From the IMG/VR virus record IMGVR_UViG_3300012665_000704, positions 9,470 to 73,469 of that record: a stretch of DNA of 64,000 bases. One strand, 5' to 3'. Below the pieces are notes generated by a model. That model was given only the letters and a program-made list of their open reading frames with translations. It searched no databases and was not told the DNA's origin. This DNA comes from a virus. Lineage: Duplodnaviria; Caudoviricetes. Both the position numbers and the translations under genes were made by a program. Within the stretch, counting starts at the first letter, position 1. Each line of letters opens with the position of its first letter. Of this stretch, positions 31,609-42,194 are shown piece after piece.

Positions 31609-32853
31609 ATGGCATATACAATTATAAAATCAAATGGACAGGTTTTAACCACCATTCCTGACGGTACTATCAATACTAGCAGTACATCACTGGGCTTACC
31701 CGGAAGAAATTTTGCTGGTTACGGACAGTACGTTGACACAAACTTTGTCCATATGATGGAAAATTTTGCCGACACTACCCCACCTGCTAACCCATTACAA
31801 GGTCAATTATGGTACAATACCAATGCTAATACATTGTATGTTTGTCCTGCTGACGGAACAGCAAACGCTAATGCATGGTTAGCACTGACTTCAACCTCAA
31901 GTGGCGGTACAACAACATTTGGTGCTGTTACAATCACAGGAAATTTAACAGCTAATAATGCAACTATTACAAACGGAATCACTGCTGATACAATCACAGT
32001 TAGATTAGCTACAGTAACAGATTTAGCTACAATTGCTAATGCAAACGTTACAACTGCTAACGTAGGAACAACAAATACAACAACAATTTCAGCTGGTTCA
32101 CAATCAACTAATGGCACGTTGACTGGTGTATGGACTGCTAATGGTTCAGGTACTGCAAACAGTGTTGCCGGAACAAGTATGTGGGTTACCGGTGGTAACT
32201 TAGTTATCACAGGCGGTGCAAGTTTAGGTATCAGAACAGATAATTATTATTATGCTAACGGAACACCAATCAGTTTTGCTGGTACATATAATAACGGCAA
32301 TGTGTTTGATTATTTGACAGGGTCGAATTCAGTTTCAAGATTTGGTGGCGCAATCGCGGTATCTAGTATTACTACAGCTAATATAACAACAGGAGCTTCA
32401 GGCACATCTGGTCAATTAACTGGTAACTGGACATTAAGTAGCGGTTCACGATTGAATGCAACATACGCTGACTTGGCAGAACGTTTTGAAGCAGATGCTT
32501 CATATGAGGCCGGTACAGTAGTTGAATTAGGCGGAGACAAAGAAATTACTGCTGTTCAGTATGAATTAAGCGAAGATGTGTTCGGTGTTATATCTGACAC
32601 AGCGGCTTATTTAATGAATTCAGCAGCCGGTTCAAATGATACTCACCCTCCAGTAGCAATGACTGGTCGAGTACAAGTTAAAGTAATGGGCGTAGTTAAA
32701 AAGGGTGATAGATTAGTTAGTGCAGGCAAAGGAATCGCTAGGGCAGCTAAAAAGGGCGAAGCTAATGCATTCAATACTATTGGTCGCTCATTGGCAAACA
32801 AAACTGATGAACAACTCGGCACCGTATTAGCAACCGTAGTTATTGCAAGATAA
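31609..32853 (+). CDS. Tail fibre/baseplate appendage protein with a C-terminal intramolecular chaperone (Peptidase_G2-like) domain
   Basis: N-terminal GR...GYG....NF..MMENFA...PP.NPLQGQLWY attachment-type motif; Thr/Asn/Ala-rich beta-repeat middle; C-terminal YADLAERFE...GTVV..GG...GVIS...P.VAMTGRV.VKV.G.VKKGDRLVS. Confidence 0.7.
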   Translation: MAYTIIKSNGQVLTTIPDGTINTSSTSLGLPGRNFAGYGQYVDTNFVHMMENFADTTPPANPLQGQLWYNTNANTLYVCPADGTANANAWLALTSTSSGGTTTFGAVTITGNLTANNATITNGITADTITVRLATVTDLATIANANVTTANVGTTNTTTISAGSQSTNGTLTGVWTANGSGTANSVAGTSMWVTGGNLVITGGASLGIRTDNYYYANGTPISFAGTYNNGNVFDYLTGSNSVSRFGGAIAVSSITTANITTGASGTSGQLTGNWTLSSGSRLNATYADLAERFEADASYEAGTVVELGGDKEITAVQYELSEDVFGVISDTAAYLMNSAAGSNDTHPPVAMTGRVQVKVMGVVKKGDRLVSAGKGIARAAKKGEANAFNTIGRSLANKTDEQLGTVLATVVIAR

Positions 32854-32862
32854 GGAATAAAA

Positions 32863-33819
32863 ATGGCATACGCACAATTTGGTACAATTCAAGCCGCAGA
32901 CTTCAACACATTAGTCGGTGGTGACCCAGTAACTTCATCGGGTACATTAAATGCTGTTTGGGCAACAGGTGGAACTAATGCTGGGTATGGTCAAACAGCA
33001 GTAGCTAACGTAGCAGTTGGTGCTGTAGTCTCAGCAAATCAGCAATGGGCAAATTTGGTAACATATACTGCTAACTCAGCAACACACCAAGGCACTTCAA
33101 TAACTGCGGTCACTGCACCAGTCACCGGCGGAACTATTACATATCTATCTGCAATTCCTTCAAACTTAACTTCAATTTATAATAGTAGATTAAACGCAGC
33201 TACACAGGGTGCAACTACTTCTAATTCAGTGGCATATGGTAGTACTTGGACAGCCGGTATCACGTTTACACATACTGTTACTTTTGCAAATGGAAATGCC
33301 GCAAGATATTTCTTTAACTCAGGTGGTCAATTAAAAGTAACATGTTCACATGCAAACTCAACTGCTGGTATTAACTTATTATTAAATAATTTAGCAAGTA
33401 ATGTGGGAACAGTTGTTATGAGTTCTCCTACATCAGGTGCAATTACAGTATCAGGTACATCTTATAACGGAATCACTAAGATTGGTGGAGGTGGCAATGC
33501 ACCTACTATTAGTACTAACACAGGGTACTTTGCGTTGACTACGTCCAATGCAACAATATTTACGCAAACAGCAAGCACAGGTCCTTCTGGATATTTGGGA
33601 ACATTTATTCGTATGATTGCAAAATCAAATGGAACCCAAGGTGCAAACGGAGATGCAGGTAGTGTTATAACCATATACACTATTTGGGATGAAGTTCCGG
33701 ACGGTCTTACTGCTGGCACAGGTTCAACTACAACTGTTACTGCACAGGCACCAGAAACAACTAATATAGCTAATACTTGGGGTGCAATTACTATCTCGGG
33801 TACAGTTTCCGGTTCATGA
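32863..33819 (+). CDS. Virion structural protein (fibre-associated, Thr/Gly/Ser-rich)
   Basis: 318 aa, AAGGA SD, I.AADFN, GYGQ and ARYFFNSGG motifs; follows the fibre gene. Confidence 0.55.
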   Translation: MAYAQFGTIQAADFNTLVGGDPVTSSGTLNAVWATGGTNAGYGQTAVANVAVGAVVSANQQWANLVTYTANSATHQGTSITAVTAPVTGGTITYLSAIPSNLTSIYNSRLNAATQGATTSNSVAYGSTWTAGITFTHTVTFANGNAARYFFNSGGQLKVTCSHANSTAGINLLLNNLASNVGTVVMSSPTSGAITVSGTSYNGITKIGGGGNAPTISTNTGYFALTTSNATIFTQTASTGPSGYLGTFIRMIAKSNGTQGANGDAGSVITIYTIWDEVPDGLTAGTGSTTTVTAQAPETTNIANTWGAITISGTVSGS

Positions 33820-33843
33820 TTTTTATTAACGTCTTTGTATCTA

Positions 33844-33851
33844 TCTAAATA
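33844..33851 (+). promoter_or_regulatory. T4-late-like promoter motif heading the tailoring cluster
   Basis: TCTAAATA, followed by an AGGAG SD and the ATG at 33867. Confidence 0.55.
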
Positions 33852-33866
33852 CTCTTAGGAGTACAC

Positions 33867-34172
33867 ATGGATACAAAGACATTGATTTCCGAAGCCAAAG
33901 CCCGCTTCAATCACAACTCAGCCAAAGCATATTTAAAAGACAAGTACGATAGCAAATTTATCGTAGCAGACCAATCAGGTCTTTGGAGAGCTGACTTAGA
34001 AACTATTAATTTTTTAACTGCCTATACGGATGACTGGGTTATTTTAATTGACACCTTTAAAAATCCAGTCAGAGTTAACAGAGTTACTCTACTTGAAAAA
34101 CTTTCTGAAACATACAAATCTGTTATGGATGAATGGTATACAGAATGGACTGCATTAGAGAAAAAAAGATGA
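33867..34172 (+). CDS. Hypothetical protein
   Basis: 101-aa ORF with AGGAG SD and an upstream TCTAAATA; its stop overlaps the next start (ATGA). Confidence 0.7.
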   Translation: MDTKTLISEAKARFNHNSAKAYLKDKYDSKFIVADQSGLWRADLETINFLTAYTDDWVILIDTFKNPVRVNRVTLLEKLSETYKSVMDEWYTEWTALEKKR

Positions 34173-34972
34173 GTAGAGGGGCTTTACTATTTGCATTTAA
34201 TAGTCCTAAATTTAACTACTATGATATGGCAGTAGCAACTGCTAAACGCATTAATCACTTTTTGGACATCCCGGTTACTATAGTAACGGATAAAGAATCA
34301 TTGCCTAAAAAACAAAGTTACACGTTTGACAATGTTATATTAGCAGAGGCTGATAAAAACAATAAGCGTGACTGGGGTATGTGGATAAATAAAGGTCGAT
34401 ATCGTGCTTTTAATTTAAGTCCGTATGATGAAACTTTATTATTAGATACGGATTACATGGTAAATTCAAATAAGTTGTTAAAAACTTTTGATTTACCTAC
34501 TGATTTTTGTTGCCATGATACCACTAGTTTTCTAATGTATCCTGATGCCTCACAAGAAGTACTCAGTGCATATAGTTTTAAAACATTATGGGCAACTGCA
34601 ATTACTTTTAAGAAAACAAAAAGATCAAAATTAATATTTGATTGTTTAGAAATGGTTCAGAAAAATTTTGAGCATTATGCAAACCTCCATGGTTTTATTT
34701 CTGTAACTTTTCGTAATGACTATGGATTGACCTTAGCTACTAGAATAGTTAACGGACATACTACTCCCATAGAAGACATAATTCCCTGGAATCTATTACA
34801 TGCAGGTAAAAACACCACCATATATAAAAACAGTGATGATGAATTTAATACTGACTATACTATAATGTTTGATAATTGGAATAGAGGTAAGATTCGTAAA
34901 GAATATATAACCATTAAAGATACTGACTTCCACGTTATGAACAAAGAAAACTTTTTGGAGTTAATCAAATGA
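34169..34972 (+). CDS. Putative GT-A glycosyltransferase (GT8-like)
   Basis: SPYDETLLLDTDY (DxD), FRNDY and late FHVMNK. Start moved to the ATG at 34169 (ATGA overlap). Confidence 0.6.
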   Translation: MSRGALLFAFNSPKFNYYDMAVATAKRINHFLDIPVTIVTDKESLPKKQSYTFDNVILAEADKNNKRDWGMWINKGRYRAFNLSPYDETLLLDTDYMVNSNKLLKTFDLPTDFCCHDTTSFLMYPDASQEVLSAYSFKTLWATAITFKKTKRSKLIFDCLEMVQKNFEHYANLHGFISVTFRNDYGLTLATRIVNGHTTPIEDIIPWNLLHAGKNTTIYKNSDDEFNTDYTIMFDNWNRGKIRKEYITIKDTDFHVMNKENFLELIK

Positions 34973-35733
34973 CCAAAGGTTTTGTAATAATGGCACAAGA
35001 TACAGCAAATGTGAAATATACTCATTGTGCCAAAGCATTAGAAAAAAGTATAAAGCGTGTTATGCCAAACGCTAATGTTACTATTGTTACTACTAAAATG
35101 CTGCCTCACGGAGATTTGGCTCCTGCGAGTGATTGGAAACTAATAAACGATTGGCAAGTCTATGAAGCAAGTCCATATGATGAGACTATTAAATTAGAAG
35201 CAGATATGTATATTCCTAGAAGTATTGAACATTGGTGGGATGTATTATCTCAAAAAGATGTTGTGGTGTGTAATACTATTAGGAATTTTAAACAAGAAAT
35301 TTCAGATGTGCGAGTCTATCGCAGATTTATTGATGATAATAATTTACCAGATGTATATAACGCAATTACGTATTTTAAAAAATCAGATACCGCTAAACAA
35401 TTTTTTGATATCGTAAAAAATGTATTTGATAATTGGAAAGAATATAAAGCTATACTAAAATGCAATCCAGAAGAACCGGCAACAACTGACTGGGCGTATG
35501 CAATTGCATGTCATATTGTTGGTATTGAAAAAACAATGTTACCTAACTTTACCGAAATGAGTATGGTGCATATGAAACAATTTATTAACAATACCCCCAC
35601 AGAAAATTGGACAGACACATTTGTTTATGAATGTTTGCCCAATCAAATTAGAATTCAAACCGTACCACAATTTTATCCTTTTCACTATCATATAAAAAAC
35701 TTTAGTGATAAAATATTAGAAAGTATGAAATGA
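34969..35733 (+). CDS. Putative GT-A glycosyltransferase (GT8-like), paralog of the upstream gene
   Basis: SPYDETIKLEADM, NAITYFKKS, VHMKQ and FHYHIK; aligns by eye with 34169..34972. Confidence 0.6.
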   Translation: MTKGFVIMAQDTANVKYTHCAKALEKSIKRVMPNANVTIVTTKMLPHGDLAPASDWKLINDWQVYEASPYDETIKLEADMYIPRSIEHWWDVLSQKDVVVCNTIRNFKQEISDVRVYRRFIDDNNLPDVYNAITYFKKSDTAKQFFDIVKNVFDNWKEYKAILKCNPEEPATTDWAYAIACHIVGIEKTMLPNFTEMSMVHMKQFINNTPTENWTDTFVYECLPNQIRIQTVPQFYPFHYHIKNFSDKILESMK

Positions 35734-36086
35734 ATACTGAAGACACCTCATCAGATTTTGTAATAATATGGGAACCTCCTAAACTAGAAACACCTGAGTT
35801 TAGGTTATATTATGATAGCACCGGCGCAGTAATATGTTATACCGGTGACAAATCTGTGCAGGGTAATTATATTGTAATTGATGCACATACATTCGCTGCC
35901 GCAAGACCTGACGTAAGAGTTATTGATGGTAGGATATCTAGTGTTGCACCTAATGCAGTAGTTTATAAATTAATGCCAGACAATATTGAAGGTAAAGACT
36001 GTCACATTGAAGATATAAGTATATTGGTTGACGAATTATATACTGGCAAAAAGAAAAAATGGAAATTAAACATATATGAACTCTGA
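35730..36086 (+). CDS. Hypothetical protein
   Basis: 118-aa ORF coupled by overlaps on both sides. Confidence 0.65.
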   Translation: MNTEDTSSDFVIIWEPPKLETPEFRLYYDSTGAVICYTGDKSVQGNYIVIDAHTFAAARPDVRVIDGRISSVAPNAVVYKLMPDNIEGKDCHIEDISILVDELYTGKKKKWKLNIYEL

Positions 36087-37029
36087 TGATATTATTGATG
36101 TTGCAGATTTAGATTGTGTTTATCTAAGCTATGATGAACCACAAAAAGAAGAATTTTGGATTAAAATAAAAAATATGGTGCCTTGGGCAAAACGTGTTGA
36201 TGGCGTTAAAGGAAGTGATGCCGCACACAAAGCCGCAGGAGAAGCAAGTGATACTGAACGTTTTATTCTAATTGACGGCGACAATATGCCAAACGAAGAT
36301 TTCTTCAATATTCAATTAGATTTTACAAACAAAGATCCTTCATTTAAGAAAGCACAGTTTCGTTGGAAAGCAGTAAACAGTGTTAATGGCTTGCGTTATG
36401 GCAATGGTGGCATGAGTAGCTGGACAAAAGAATATGTTGCTAACATGAAAACACATGAACATCAAACAGAAGGTGATGTTTCTCGAATTGCTGATTTCTG
36501 TATGGGCGGTAATGATAACTTATATTGGGCTATGTATAATTGCTACAGTACAACATATCCTAACCACACACCGTTCCAAGCATGGCGTGCAGGATTTCGT
36601 GAAGGTGTTAAAATGAGTTTAGACAGAGGTGCAAGGCCTTCTGTTGAAGCATTTAAAGAAACCGTAGCAAGTAGAAATTTAAATAACCTAACTATCTGGC
36701 ACAATGTGGGCATGGATGTAGAAAACGGCGAATGGGCTATAATGGGAGCCCGTATGGGTACACATATGACTATGCTCACTGATTGGGACCATGCTAACGT
36801 GCAGTGGTTTGATAACTACGTTGAAATGTGGGATAAAATAAAAGATGAAGATCCATTAACACTATCAGAAGCCTATGGAATTGAGTTAAAGACTAAATTA
36901 GATTTGCCTATGTGCGTATTAGATAGTGACCAAAGTAAATTCTTTAAGCGTCACTATAAAGCAGACTTTCATAACTTAGACCCGTTAGTAACTGAGATGG
37001 ATGTTATTCGTAAAATTGAAGGATGGTAA
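36076..37029 (+). CDS. Putative GT-A-fold glycosyltransferase
   Basis: YLSYDEP, RVDGVKGSDAAHKAA, FILIDGDN (DxD), NGLRYGNGG and AWRAGFREGVKM. Confidence 0.55.
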   Translation: MNSDDIIDVADLDCVYLSYDEPQKEEFWIKIKNMVPWAKRVDGVKGSDAAHKAAGEASDTERFILIDGDNMPNEDFFNIQLDFTNKDPSFKKAQFRWKAVNSVNGLRYGNGGMSSWTKEYVANMKTHEHQTEGDVSRIADFCMGGNDNLYWAMYNCYSTTYPNHTPFQAWRAGFREGVKMSLDRGARPSVEAFKETVASRNLNNLTIWHNVGMDVENGEWAIMGARMGTHMTMLTDWDHANVQWFDNYVEMWDKIKDEDPLTLSEAYGIELKTKLDLPMCVLDSDQSKFFKRHYKADFHNLDPLVTEMDVIRKIEGW

Positions 37030-38423
37030 TGAGTAGTGAACAACAACGTATAAAAGACATTAAGATTAAAATTGAGAATGAAGTAGGTCCAACCTTCTGT
37101 CTTGCTAAATGGCATCATGTTACTATGTATCTACAAACAGGAGAAACACATAGTTGTTATCATCCGCAACCTCACAAAATTCCAATGAGTGAGTTAATTG
37201 ACAATCCGTCAGCATTACATAATACGCAACAGAAAAAAGAAGAACGTAAACTAATGTTAGATGGAGGTAAACCATCAGGTTGTCAGTATTGCTGGAACAT
37301 TGAAGCAATGGGACCAGACTATATTAGTGATAGACATATACGCAACGCTAGTATATTCACAGAAGAACGATACGAACAGACTGTAAAAGGTCCTTGGAAT
37401 CAAAATATAAATCCAGAATACTTAGAAATTAACTTTGGTAACGAATGTAATTTTAAGTGCGGCTATTGTCATCCTAAGTACTCTACTAGTTTCTATAACG
37501 AAATTAAAAAGAATGGCCCTGTCACCGCAGTAAAAAATCATAGATGTGATATTGACTGGATGACACTTTATCAACGTGAAGAAGAAAATCCATATGTTGA
37601 TGCGTTTTGGAAATGGTGGCCTGAACTACGCAAAACATTGAACATCATGCGTGTAACGGGAGGCGAACCCACGATGCATACTAGTACATGGAAATTGTTG
37701 AAAGAGATTGAGCAAGATCCTATGCCTTGGTTAGAACTAAATATCAATAGTAATTTAGGAACTAAAACTGCACTAGTAGAAAAATTAGCTGATAGTGTTA
37801 AAAAATTAGTAGACGATAAAAAAATACGTGCATTTAAATTGTTTACTAGTATGGATACATGGGGCGAACGTGCAGAGTATATTAGAACCGGATTAGATTT
37901 AGAACTGTGGGAAAAGAATTTCCACACATATTTGGCCCGTACAGACAGTCCAATCACATTTATGATAACCTTTAATATATTTTCAGTCACTACATTTAAG
38001 TCATTGCTTGAAAAAATGTTAGAATGGCGTGAACAATATGGTTGGTATGAAGATATAAAAAGCCATCGTGTTAGATTTGACACCCCGTATTTGCGAGACC
38101 CAATCCAATACGATATGAATATATTGCCTAAAGAAGAATTCATGCCTTATATGAATGACACACTGGCATTTATGAAAGCTAATGTAGATGATGAAGCCAG
38201 TAATAAATTTACAACAGTTGAATATGAAAAATTTAAACGTGTTGTTGATTATATGGCTGAGACAGTATATCCAGAAAGTAAATTGATTGAAGGTCGCAGA
38301 GACTTTTATAATTGGTTTAATGAACTAGATGAACGCCGCGAAAATGATATGTTATCTGTGTTTCCTGAAATGCTAGGATTTTATAGATTATGTCAAGAGG
38401 TTAACCAAACACATCCAAAATGA
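37029..38423 (+). CDS. Radical SAM protein with an N-terminal twitch/SPASM-like Cys domain
   Basis: CNFKCGYC, TGGEP and INSN; N-terminal FCLAKW..SCYH..CQYCW. Start at 37029 (TAATG overlap). Confidence 0.85.
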   Translation: MSSEQQRIKDIKIKIENEVGPTFCLAKWHHVTMYLQTGETHSCYHPQPHKIPMSELIDNPSALHNTQQKKEERKLMLDGGKPSGCQYCWNIEAMGPDYISDRHIRNASIFTEERYEQTVKGPWNQNINPEYLEINFGNECNFKCGYCHPKYSTSFYNEIKKNGPVTAVKNHRCDIDWMTLYQREEENPYVDAFWKWWPELRKTLNIMRVTGGEPTMHTSTWKLLKEIEQDPMPWLELNINSNLGTKTALVEKLADSVKKLVDDKKIRAFKLFTSMDTWGERAEYIRTGLDLELWEKNFHTYLARTDSPITFMITFNIFSVTTFKSLLEKMLEWREQYGWYEDIKSHRVRFDTPYLRDPIQYDMNILPKEEFMPYMNDTLAFMKANVDDEASNKFTTVEYEKFKRVVDYMAETVYPESKLIEGRRDFYNWFNELDERRENDMLSVFPEMLGFYRLCQEVNQTHPK

Positions 38424-39697
38424 CAGAAAAAATATCAAACAATAAAGAATTCGATCTTACGCAAAGTAAAACTTTTTGCATGTCTCCTTGGATACACTTG
38501 TATTCAAGTCCAAGCGGAATAGCCGCGCCATGTTGTATTGCTGAATCAGGTGCTCACGGTGGCGTAGGCAACACTAGAACACAATCATTAATGGAAGTAG
38601 TCAATTCACCTAAAATGAATCAACTACGAAATGATATGCTATCTGGGGTAAAAAATAACGAATGCAATAAATGTTACATGCATGAAGACCAAAACTTATT
38701 AAGTTCACGTAATATGCTTAATACTAGATTTGGTCCTAATTTCTATGATGAAGTCATTGAAAATACAAACACCGACGGATCATTGTCTGAATTCAAAATG
38801 AGATATTTTGATATTCGTTTTAGTAACATATGTAATTTTAAATGTAGAACATGCGGTTCTGGCTTTAGTACACAGTGGGAACAAGAAGACTTAAAAAATA
38901 ATCTTTACCATGCAAAAATAATTCCAAAAAATGATAATCCAGATTTTTTAAAAGAAATATTTGATCAAATAGATTTTATGGAAACTGCTTATTTTGCAGG
39001 AGGGGAACCTTTAATCACAGAAGAACATTATATCTTGTTAGAAGAAATGATACGAAGAGGTCGTACTGATATTCAACTAAGGTATAACACAAACTTAAGC
39101 AATTTAAAATTTAAAAACAAAGATTTATTATCCCTGTGGAAACATTTTGGTAAAGGGGTCGATATATATGCAAGCATTGACCATTACGGAGAACGTGCAG
39201 AGTATATAAGACACGGAACAGATTGGGGAGTAGTAGAAAGTAATTTTTTACAAGCCAAAAAAACTCCGTATTTAAGAGTGAATATGAACACTGTATTAAG
39301 TGTTTTTAATTTTTTAACAATACATGAATTTTATCAATATCTAATAGATAAAAAATTATATACTCCTAGTAGTAGTGTTTATACACTATATAATATGTCA
39401 ACTCCTGATTATTTGGCTTGTCATATTTTGCCCTTAGATTATAAAGATGTTGGAAAAAATAGTATTGAAAAAACTATGCAATTATTAAAAGATAAGAGAT
39501 TTAAAAAACACCATATAACGCAACTATCAGATACTATTCCTTGGATTTATTCAAAAGATTCATGGGATGAAAACAAATATCAATTTAGAAAAGAAGTAAA
39601 AAGATTAGATTCAATTAGAGGGGAAGATTTTTCAAAAACTTTTCCTGAATTAGCTCCGTTGTTACTTCCAGATCGTAATAAATTTTTCCCTATATGA
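38420..39697 (+). CDS. Radical SAM protein with an N-terminal twitch/SPASM-like domain
   Basis: FCMSPW..PCC..CNKCY; CNFKCRTC; FAGGEP; YNTN. Confidence 0.88.
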   Translation: MTEKISNNKEFDLTQSKTFCMSPWIHLYSSPSGIAAPCCIAESGAHGGVGNTRTQSLMEVVNSPKMNQLRNDMLSGVKNNECNKCYMHEDQNLLSSRNMLNTRFGPNFYDEVIENTNTDGSLSEFKMRYFDIRFSNICNFKCRTCGSGFSTQWEQEDLKNNLYHAKIIPKNDNPDFLKEIFDQIDFMETAYFAGGEPLITEEHYILLEEMIRRGRTDIQLRYNTNLSNLKFKNKDLLSLWKHFGKGVDIYASIDHYGERAEYIRHGTDWGVVESNFLQAKKTPYLRVNMNTVLSVFNFLTIHEFYQYLIDKKLYTPSSSVYTLYNMSTPDYLACHILPLDYKDVGKNSIEKTMQLLKDKRFKKHHITQLSDTIPWIYSKDSWDENKYQFRKEVKRLDSIRGEDFSKTFPELAPLLLPDRNKFFPI

Positions 39698-40920
39698 ACA
39701 AAAATTATCTATTAAATGATAGCAAAACGTTTTGTATGTTTCCTTGGGTACATCTAAATGTAACACCTAAGGGTGATATATACCCTTGCTGTAGCAATGA
39801 CTACACACAACCTTTCGGAAACACAAAAGAAATAACATTAAAACAGGCATTTAACAGTGAACCAATGAAGCAATTGCGATTGGACATGTTAAATGACAAA
39901 CCTAATAAAATATGCAATTTTTGTTACAAGCACGAAGAAGCAGGTCCTCATTCGTTTAGAAATTACAGTAAAGAACATTTTGGTAAACACTTTGATGAAG
40001 TTGTGCCTACTACATTAGAAGATGGAACTGTTCCTGAATTTAAAATGCACTACTTTGACATTCGTTTTAGTAACATATGTAATTTCAAATGCAGAACATG
40101 CGGTAGTGAGTTTAGTAGTCAGTGGGGAGCAGAGATGCGAGCCAATCATGATCCTAAGCATCCTATTATTATTCATGCTGATGAAAAGGGTAATTTATTA
40201 CGTGAAGTGTTAGAACAAGTAGAACACATTGATTTGGCATATTTTGCAGGTGGAGAACCCACACTTACCGAAGAGCATTATATAATGCTTGAAGAAATGA
40301 TTCGTAAAGGCCGTACTGACATTACACTACGCTATAACACAAACGCTAGTAATATCAAGTTTAAAGACTATGATTTACTAGACATGTGGAAGCACTTTAA
40401 GAAAATTGAATTGAGTTGCAGTGTTGACCATTATGGTGAACGTGCAGAATGGCTACGTCATGGCACTGATTGGGGGTTAGTTGAAAGTAATCTGTTAAAG
40501 TTCCGTGAATTAGATTATGTTAGTTTCCAAATGAACACTGTATTCAGTATCTTTAACTATAGTACAATTGGTGAATTTTATCAGTACTTAAAAGACAAGA
40601 ATATTATTAGAGCAGAAGATTGGTATCATAGTTTGTACTTGGCAGTACATCCTAGTTATTATAGTGCTAAGAGTCTACCCAAAGAATTAAAAATTGAAGC
40701 CGCAAAGAAAGCACTTGAATGGGCAGATAAGAATACAGGTGATCATACCTCATTATCACGCTTAGTTACTGATGCAGTAAACTTTGCTACAGATGATGAT
40801 ACATGGACTGAAAATAAAGAAACTTTCATGTTGCACACAGGTTCAGGAGATAGAATTCGTAATGAAAGTTTCTGGAAAACATTCCCTGAATTAAATAAAT
40901 TGATGGATTTAACGGAGTAA
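39694..40920 (+). CDS. Radical SAM protein with an N-terminal twitch/SPASM-like domain
   Basis: FCMFPW..PCC..CNFCY; CNFKCRTC; FAGGEP; YNTN. Confidence 0.88.
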   Translation: MNKNYLLNDSKTFCMFPWVHLNVTPKGDIYPCCSNDYTQPFGNTKEITLKQAFNSEPMKQLRLDMLNDKPNKICNFCYKHEEAGPHSFRNYSKEHFGKHFDEVVPTTLEDGTVPEFKMHYFDIRFSNICNFKCRTCGSEFSSQWGAEMRANHDPKHPIIIHADEKGNLLREVLEQVEHIDLAYFAGGEPTLTEEHYIMLEEMIRKGRTDITLRYNTNASNIKFKDYDLLDMWKHFKKIELSCSVDHYGERAEWLRHGTDWGLVESNLLKFRELDYVSFQMNTVFSIFNYSTIGEFYQYLKDKNIIRAEDWYHSLYLAVHPSYYSAKSLPKELKIEAAKKALEWADKNTGDHTSLSRLVTDAVNFATDDDTWTENKETFMLHTGSGDRIRNESFWKTFPELNKLMDLTE

Positions 40921-40922
40921 AA

Positions 40923-42194
40923 ATGCAAGACCCAATAGTTGTAGAGAATTTAGTAAAACATGGTAAACACTTTTGTGTATTACCCTGGGTCCACTTTCAT
41001 TCATGGCCTGATGGCAGAGTTATGCCTTGCTGTGTTGCTGACAGTAATATGCCAGTGGCTGAGATTAAAAAAGATGAATCTATCATACAAATGGTTAATA
41101 GTGAAGATTTCAAAAAAATGCGTACTGCTATGTTAGCTGATGAACCAGTTGAAGCATGTAAGCGTTGCTATGACCTAGAGTTAATGGGTACTTGGACAAT
41201 GCGTTTAAGCCACAATAAACGCCGAGGATTAGAGTATGTTAATCATATAAGTGAAATTACAGAAGATGATGGTAGTTTGACTGAATTCAAAATGAAATAC
41301 ATGGATTTACGTTTTAGTAATATGTGTAACATGAAGTGCCGTAGTTGCGGTCCTGGCTGTAGTAGTTTATGGGCACAGGAGTTTATTGATGAACGCGGAG
41401 TTGATGTATACGAAGAATATTTTCACACAAAAAAAATTGTAATTAACAAAGCAGAAGAAATGGGCTTTATGAATAAATTAAAGCCATATCTAAAAGACGT
41501 TACTGAGGTTTACTTTGCTGGTGGTGAAATTATTATCACTCCTGAACATTATGAATGTTTAGATTATTGGATTGAGAATGGTTTAAACGAACAAGTTGAA
41601 CTAACATATACAACTAACTTTAGTTCGTTGAAATACAAAGACAAAGATTTAATTGGCTATTGGAAGAAATTCCCCCAACTTAAAATATGGGCTAGTTTAG
41701 ATGCAGAAGGATCAGTTGCAGAAACTATTCGTAAAGGAACAGATTGGGACAGAATTGTTAAAAATATTAAAACATTAAAAGAGCAAGTACCACATGCACA
41801 GTTTCAAATTACTCCTACTATTAGTATTTGGAATGTATTTCATTTCCCTGATTTCTTTGACTATATGATCGAACAAGGATTTATTGATACAACATCAAGT
41901 CCTAGATTTAATCTAGCAACTAATCCATGGTATGCAAATATTATGATATTACCTGTTCACGTTAAACGTAGATTAGCAGAGTTATATCGGGTGTATCAAA
42001 ACAAATATAAAGACAACGTTGATATCTACAATGGTTTTAAGATGATTATATACAACTTAACTGTAGGTGAAGAAAACAAAGGTGGAATCTTAGAATTCAA
42101 ACAGTTTAATGATGAGTTAGATGAATTCAGAGATGAAAAATTAATAGACATTATTCCAGAATTAAAAGAGGTATATGAATGGGCAAAAAGCTAA
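40923..42194 (+). CDS. Radical SAM protein with an N-terminal twitch/SPASM-like domain
   Basis: FCVLPW..PCC..CKRCY; CNMKCRSC; FAGGEI; YTTN; GGAG SD. Confidence 0.88.
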   Translation: MQDPIVVENLVKHGKHFCVLPWVHFHSWPDGRVMPCCVADSNMPVAEIKKDESIIQMVNSEDFKKMRTAMLADEPVEACKRCYDLELMGTWTMRLSHNKRRGLEYVNHISEITEDDGSLTEFKMKYMDLRFSNMCNMKCRSCGPGCSSLWAQEFIDERGVDVYEEYFHTKKIVINKAEEMGFMNKLKPYLKDVTEVYFAGGEIIITPEHYECLDYWIENGLNEQVELTYTTNFSSLKYKDKDLIGYWKKFPQLKIWASLDAEGSVAETIRKGTDWDRIVKNIKTLKEQVPHAQFQITPTISIWNVFHFPDFFDYMIEQGFIDTTSSPRFNLATNPWYANIMILPVHVKRRLAELYRVYQNKYKDNVDIYNGFKMIIYNLTVGEENKGGILEFKQFNDELDEFRDEKLIDIIPELKEVYEWAKS

